NCBI GenBank assembly: GCA_900088475.1 | Contig: FLMG01001623.1 | Location: 62,001-126,000 of the forward strand | From: Hyphochytrium catenoides | Lineage: Eukaryota > Protista > Hyphochytriomycota | Length of the DNA stretch: 64,000 bases | Reading direction: 5' to 3' | In this document: positions 58,301 through 64,000 of the stretch, in pieces | How positions within the stretch are numbered: the first letter of the stretch is position 1 | How the letters are laid out: each line of letters starts with the position of its first letter | The notes under the pieces: model-generated | What the model saw: the letters and a program-made list of their open reading frames with translations, nothing else | Told to the model about the DNA's origin: nothing | The model's database searches: none | Made by a program: the position numbers and the translations under genes

Positions 58301-60424
58301 AATACGACAGATGTCTTGAATCGACTAGGAAGAGAGAGTGGACATTTGGGCATTCTCTATATGTTTGCTTTCTGAGTTCGTGAACTTATTTCTCCAGATG
58401 TCTATTCTGGTAAAGCTGCGCTCTGGAGAGGCTAAGAAGCTCGCGTCTCAAAACTTGACGACTGTTGGCGAATTGGCAACAGCTAATAGGTCAGCCGTAC
58501 TGCCGATCAGGAACAGAACCAGGGTTTGCGACTACAAGATGCTGGCCATGAGCATGATGGATAAGTGCACGTAAGAGGAAAAGACCCTTCTTCTCTTCAG
58601 GTGTCACTTCATAGTCGTCCACCTCTAGAATGCCCTTGTTTACAGCGACGAAGCTTGCACCCTGACTCTCGGTATAGCACGTCGTCATCCTTGTAGCTGC
58701 ACCTACCTTCTAGTTTTTCCCTCATTCTGCAGGGTGCTCATTGAGATCAATGTGATCTCAACTGAATACTGGGTATTCCGTATAGCCTCCCCTCTCGTTT
58801 CCTCGCTGACATTCTTCATGTGTCAGTATCAAGCCCATTCTTCCTGATGGTTATGAGTACAAGAATCTTCAAATTGTGGACGGTGGCATGCCTCCAGCTC
58901 CCTCGCAGGCAGACCTGGATAAAGAAGCCATCAGAAACTGGGATGGTTGTCAACAAATTTTAACAAAGATAATCAGTCTTCAAGGGACCATGGTCTGGCC
59001 AAAAGTGAATGGCGTTGAGCAGGTAATCATAAGCAAACTAAGGCTCTATTCTTGAGATGTGACCAGACGGACCTTCTCGTCGTCTTTGGGCATCACTTTC
59101 AACTCTTCGTTCTCTCTGTTAACAGTGTTTCTCCAGGCGGAAGTCTATGTAACCCGTCTCATCAGTACACTCTAACCCCTGTTGCTTCGAAATGAACGTA
59201 CAGATGGAGAAGCTGGAGGACCCCATTCCAGCAACCAAAGAAAAAATTTGTAAATGGGAGATCAGTCCGCGCAAGGGCTTCGCAGCGGCAGTGTACAATG
59301 GCTCCGCTTGGGTGCTGGGCGGGTTTGCGGGAGACCAAAGCTATTTGAACGACGTCTGGTACAGAGGTGGGTCCAACTGCCAAGTCTTCTCTTTGTGATT
59401 GGTCCGCTGCTAGCCGCTTCTTAGAGTTTCATCTTCCATTTGCTTAGGGTTTCTTTCCTTTCCTCTCTTTCTCTCTCTGTTCTCTCTCTCTCCCTCTCTC
59501 TCTCTCTCTTGCTTTCATCTCGCTACCTCTTCCTCTCTAACGCCTGCTTTACTACACTCTTGATATCCTTGGTGTCTGCAGACAACAGGCACCCAGTCAC
59601 TACTATTCCTGTAAAACCAGACACACTCACGTATGACTTACACTTTGAGTTTGCTTGTGATAAGCCTATCTGCTTATACGAGTACCAAGTACTTGACAGC
59701 ATTGAGATGGTTATGGTAAGGAGGGGATGAGCACCTTTGAACAGGATTGTGGTGTCCCGTAACGATTAAAAAGGCAAGGAGTTGAAGAGAGAATTCATAG
59801 GATGGGAAGAGGAGAGAGAAAAAGGGGGAAGTAGGGCAAAGAGTGAAAGAGAAGAAAGAGACGGAAGATTATTCCAAAGAGCGAGGAGAGAGACGGAAAG
59901 CATATATTTTGACATCTCTTTCCGCTGTCCGTCAGCTCCGAAATTGGACCCCCTCTATTGGTAAGGAAGATCTTACTTGGTTACCAAGCGGAACCCACAC
60001 GATTTCGGTTAGAGCCTTTGACCCTGCTGGAAACTATGACACAAGCTTGGAGCTTGGCAGGAATGTCTACACTTGGGTCTACGTTCCCAAACTTCCCTGG
60101 ACGTATATTGCCCTAGGCATCGTGGGCTTTATTATACTGCTCATTGCAATATTCCTGGAATGGAGAAGAAGGAGAAGAAAGAGAGCAATGGAACGGTACG
60201 CCATGAAGCGGATGCGTAGAAAGCTCAAGGCCGAGCAGCGCAAGGGAAAAGGTGGCAAGCCTGAAGACTGGAAAAAGGCATATAACGATGCCAAGGACAA
60301 AGATGGCAAGAAGAAGAAAAAGAAGAAGAAAGATGCCCAAAAAGGCGGTTCAAAGATAGCCCCTGGAGATGCGCCCGAGAGTCCGAAGAAAAAGAAGAAA
60401 GCTGAGAGCAAGAAGGATAAGTAA
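55341..60424 (+). CDS. Type I membrane protein with Kelch-like NDVW beta-propeller repeats, Cys-rich inserts, an Ig-like domain, a TM helix and a Lys-rich tail (start uncertain)
   Basis: Repeats W/F-SPR-x-H...IYV-GG...NDVW-S in successive exons (WKSRWGHAAV, FSPRRYHAAV, WSPREQHSV, WAPRALHGM, WSPRSDF, ISPRKGF). Ig-like LPSGTHTISVRAFDPAGN, then TM WTYIALGIVGFIILLIAIFLEW followed by RRRRRKR. Confidence 0.8.
59460..59512. repeat. Intronic (CT)n microsatellite
   Basis: tctctctgttctctctctctccctctctctctctctc inside an intron of the Kelch-like gene. Confidence 0.8.
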
Positions 60425-61059
60425 ACGCGGTCAATATGTCAAGTTCACGCTGCTAGACGGACTGCAAGCGAAAGGATAAAGGCAGGAGCTAAGGATCCTT
60501 CATGCAGCTTCCGGATCTCCTTCCGCACATCGCATCACAGAGTTCATTGCGACTCTTCTCACTGCTCTTCTGCCGCTTGCTCGCGGTCTGTCTGTCTCCG
60601 TGCATGGCTTTCTGATGGATGAAGTTCATCTTCTGCGCTGTGTCCAGGCCGCTGACAATGGGAATGCGAAAGGACACACTATCCATGGGAATTGGAACTT
60701 CCTTCACTGTCCGTAGACCTTCGTGCTGGCCATCTCTAAGCATCTGGTATAATGTTGGCTCTTTATACAGAATAATATCCTTTGCTCAATGAAACTGTGA
60801 GTGGCTCCTTGTGGACATTTGACGCCTATTCAGAACAGTAGCGTCGATTGATGGCTGCACACGTTTTGATGGGCCGCTCCAATTGTTCAAATAATGCGAA
60901 GAATAATCCATGGAGCAACCGTCGCAGTGTGTCAGTGCCCGGTTGATTGGTCTTAATTTCGGATGCGAAGGGAAAGGAAACAGTGTTGAGCTCATGGCCA
61001 GTCAGAGGAGAAGAGAAGCCAACCAAACAGACAAACCTTGCCTCCCCTTTCAACCACTC

Positions 61060-61320
61060 TGTCTCCCTTCTGTCTCTCAACCTTCTCTATCTCTTACCCT
61101 CTCTTACTCACCTTTTCTCCTCCTTTTCCACAGAAAGCTTCCTCCTCTCGTCCTTCCTCTGTCTTGTACATGACTATGTCTCTCCCCCCTCGCCTCAATC
61201 ACTCTCTCTCTCTCTTCTTCTTCCCTTCTCTCACGGTAAAAAGCGCTCAGCCATTCCCACCCTTCCCTTCGCTCTCTTCCATCTCCTCATCGCTTGCCCT
61301 CGTCTTCTTCTGTTCCACGC
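61060..61320. repeat. CT-rich polypyrimidine low-complexity tract upstream of eIF4G
   Basis: Strongly C/T-biased stretch with CT repeats, 650-900 bp upstream of the eIF4G ATG. Confidence 0.65.
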
Positions 61321-61970
61321 CCATCGATTGATTCGCTGTCAGCCCTCAACCTCTAGGAGCAAGCCAAGGCTTGGCTTTCTTTAGCGCGATCCTGAGCGAT
61401 CGGAGCTTGGCGCAAGAGTATAGAGCAATTGCACCTCTAGAGAGCCTTAGCGTAAGGGTGGCCGCCACCTGCCCGGAGTCTGGGAGACGCCTGAAGCGGT
61501 GCGAGAAGCTGCCAAAACTGCAGCGAATTTGCCCTTTTGTTTGTTCGTGTCTAGTGACCCTACGCCTCTTCGCTGCGTTGGCGAATGAGGAGTAGCGCTA
61601 CCCAGTGCATTGAGATCGTCGTCACTGCAGGTCGAGGACCTCATAAGGTGGCTCAATCTTTGGGGGTGGGCTCCATAATTAGTCAGAGACTATCCTGATA
61701 GGAAGAGAAGGCTCGAAGCTGCATTATTGTAAGTCTCAATCTCAGATTGCGATCGCGGAGGAAGCAAAGAGACAACTTTAGGGTAGAGCGAGGAACTCGT
61801 CTCAGCGAGCGCAAACGTAATTGGAAGAGTCGCCTTACGTGTCCTTCCCTCCTTTCTTCTCCTTGGTTCTTAGCATGGATTGTGGCCCAGTCGTACACCT
61901 CCTTCTCACATCCTCTTGCATCCTCTCTCTGGGGCGTTAACCTTAGTTTACGCTGCGGGAAGCCCTAAGC

Positions 61971-64000
61971 ATGGGAGAACGCTCCACAGGCTCAACAACC
62001 GCGAGCCCCAAACCGCATCTCAACCCTAATGCTGCTGCCTGGACCCCTCCGAGCGTAAAGATGACAGCAACACCCTCTGCCGCAGCAGAAAATGCGCCAT
62101 CCACACCAGGAGCGAAGAGCTCGCCCTCTCCTTCGACAAAGAAAGCGCTTACTTTCAAGCCTAGTCCTGGTGCCAAAGAGTTTGTCCCACGCTTCACGGC
62201 GCCGATCTATATCCCTCAAGGTGGGGAAAGGAACTCCTGACAGTCGGGATTTTGGTTCTGCATCCTCCACTCTCTATGTGTGCCATCATCTATGCGCCTA
62301 CCAACGTCGCGTCAGCTTGTCTTGGCTACGTTCTACTACTCCTCCTGTACCACCCATCTCCCTGACTCCTTACCGCAGTTCTTCCTATTTGTCTCATAGT
62401 GTGTTGCCGTGTTCTCTCCAGGCGCGATGTCGACTGGCGCTGTTGCGCCGATGACTCCTACACAGGAGTTTTCATTTACGGTTGAAAAGTCGACACCCCA
62501 GCAGACGCCGAAAAGTGTCAAAAGCAGCTCCAAGAATCATGTTACGTCACCGCTCTCTCGGTCTTCTCCTCCTGTCCCTTCTCCTGGACTCCATTTCACA
62601 GTTGGAGAGGTGGAGATAGCTGTTGCAGACATGGGAAAAGACAGTGTGCAGGCAGCTGACACTGAGCCGGAGACGAACAATGTGAGGGAGAATGGTGTCT
62701 CACATTCGCCACGCAAGAGTACAGAGACTAAGCAGCTAGATGGAACTCCCATGAAGGAAGAGAAGGACGCTGCCGTTCAAAAAGACGTGGTGGCGTTACA
62801 CTCGGAAGGGATGCAGGATGGACAGTCATCAAAGGAGACAGTAGTGGCTAGCTCTGCCAAAAAACAGTCAAGACAATGGAAGAGGAAGGATATGGAAGAA
62901 GAGGAGGAGCTAGAAGAGGGAGAGATCAGGGAACAGAAGCAGCCACAGGACGCCTCTCCAAGCTGGAGAAAGTCAACAACCAAATCTACCGCAACTGCGT
63001 CATCTTATCGGTATACTATTCAGGAGCTGTTCGATCTACGGTCCTTCCGCGTCACTTGTCCTGACATGCTAAAGAAGGCTCCTTGCTACATCGGAGCAGA
63101 GTTGCCGGCCGAGGACGATAGGGCCGGCAAAAAAAGGCGGGGAGGTGGAGGAGAGAGAGGGAAGCATTCACGACATAACCGTGACCCTTCTCCTCCTCCA
63201 GAACCCTTTGAACCAGTACCAACCAACGAGGAGACCCGCTGGGTACCTTCGATACAAAAGAGAGCAAGAGGAGCTGAAGCAGAAGAGGACAGCTCTCTCC
63301 AGATCATAAAGAAGGCCAAGAGTATCCTCAATCGTCTTTCCATTGAAAAGTTTGACAAGCTTTCCAATGAGTTTGTTCACGTGGGTATCAGGGACGAGGA
63401 GCTTCTGGGTAACGTGATCAGGATTATAGTTGAGAAAGCGCAGATGGAGTGGCACTTTTCGGAGATGTATGCTAATCTCTGCCTTCTTCTATCTTCTACC
63501 CCTCTCCCTGGGGTACAAGAGAAAGAAGATGGCGTGTTCCGACGTCTTCTCCTCGTTCAGTGCCAGACAGAGTTTGAGAGAGAAGACGAGGAGATCAAGG
63601 ACCTGGAAGGGTTGTCCCCCGATGAGCGAATGGAGAAAGAGCTCACTGTCAAGAGAAAGTCGTTGGGACACATCAGGTTTATTGGAGAGCTCTATAAGAA
63701 GGGACTGCTCGCTCCCAAGATCCTGCACAACTGCATTGTACTTCTATTTGGAGACATAGAAGAACCAGATGAGGAGAGTATTGAGTGTCTGTGCAAGCTT
63801 CTCACCACAGTAGGGGAGAGACTGGAGGCATCGCCGAATGCTATAGCGAACGAGAAGAAGAGATCAAACACTAGGGAGGCGATCCAAACCTATTTCTCTC
63901 TTCTGCGACAGCTGGCTGAACAGAAGAAGCTTAGTACAAGGGTACGCTTTATGATTCAGGACCTCCTAGAACTGAGACAAAATTCCTGGATTGCTAGAAG
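61971..64000 (+). CDS. EIF4G: Translation initiation factor eIF4G (truncated at the window end)
   Basis: Intron at 62221-62421. eIF4E-binding motif YTIQELF (Y-x4-L-phi, 63012-63032). MIF4G domain KSILNRLSIEKFDKL...EKAQMEWHFSEMYANLC...FRRLLLVQCQTEFE...LGHIRFIGELYK...EESIECLCKLLTTVG...RVRFMIQDLLELRQNSW. Confidence 0.95.

Noticed and set aside
1-64000. Alternative genetic code, non-canonical introns, prokaryotic operons or defence systems, tRNA/rRNA
   Set aside because: The conserved genes I spliced fully (RPB3, RPL34, G-gamma and most of SHMT) use the standard code and GT-AG introns. No cloverleaf, rRNA or repeat-spacer array was recognised by eye.

Overview
Intron-rich eukaryotic nuclear DNA with mostly short GT-AG introns and two N-gaps (7043-7070, 21302-21374). 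It is most likely a stramenopile, an inference from the SHMT loop signature and the Cys-rich GT71 module. The ORF track is fragmented by introns and mostly spurious, so I spliced the genes by hand. Called genes in order: small Cys-rich membrane protein (-), GT32 glycosyltransferase (+), SHOCT/alpha-kinase (+), RPB3 (-), BRD8-like bromodomain protein (-), PHTF-family membrane protein (-), DUG3/EgtC-like class II glutamine amidotransferase (-), intronless class 3 lipase (-), intronless 1374-aa GT71 mannosyltransferase (-), G-protein gamma subunit (+, absent from the ORF track), bZIP factor (+), SHMT (+), TSET subunit TTRAY2/TWD40-2-like (-), RPL34 (+, absent from the ORF track), Kelch-like/Ig type I membrane protein (+) and eIF4G (+, truncated by the window end). 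The most notable items are the GT71 protein with six Cys-rich modules and a second CAP59-like domain, the TTRAY2 with an inserted LamG domain, the Kelch-like receptor and a non-coding hairpin cluster at 35.9-36.25 kb. No tRNA, rRNA, CRISPR array or autonomous transposon was recognised. Family assignments rest on motif recall, not on searches.
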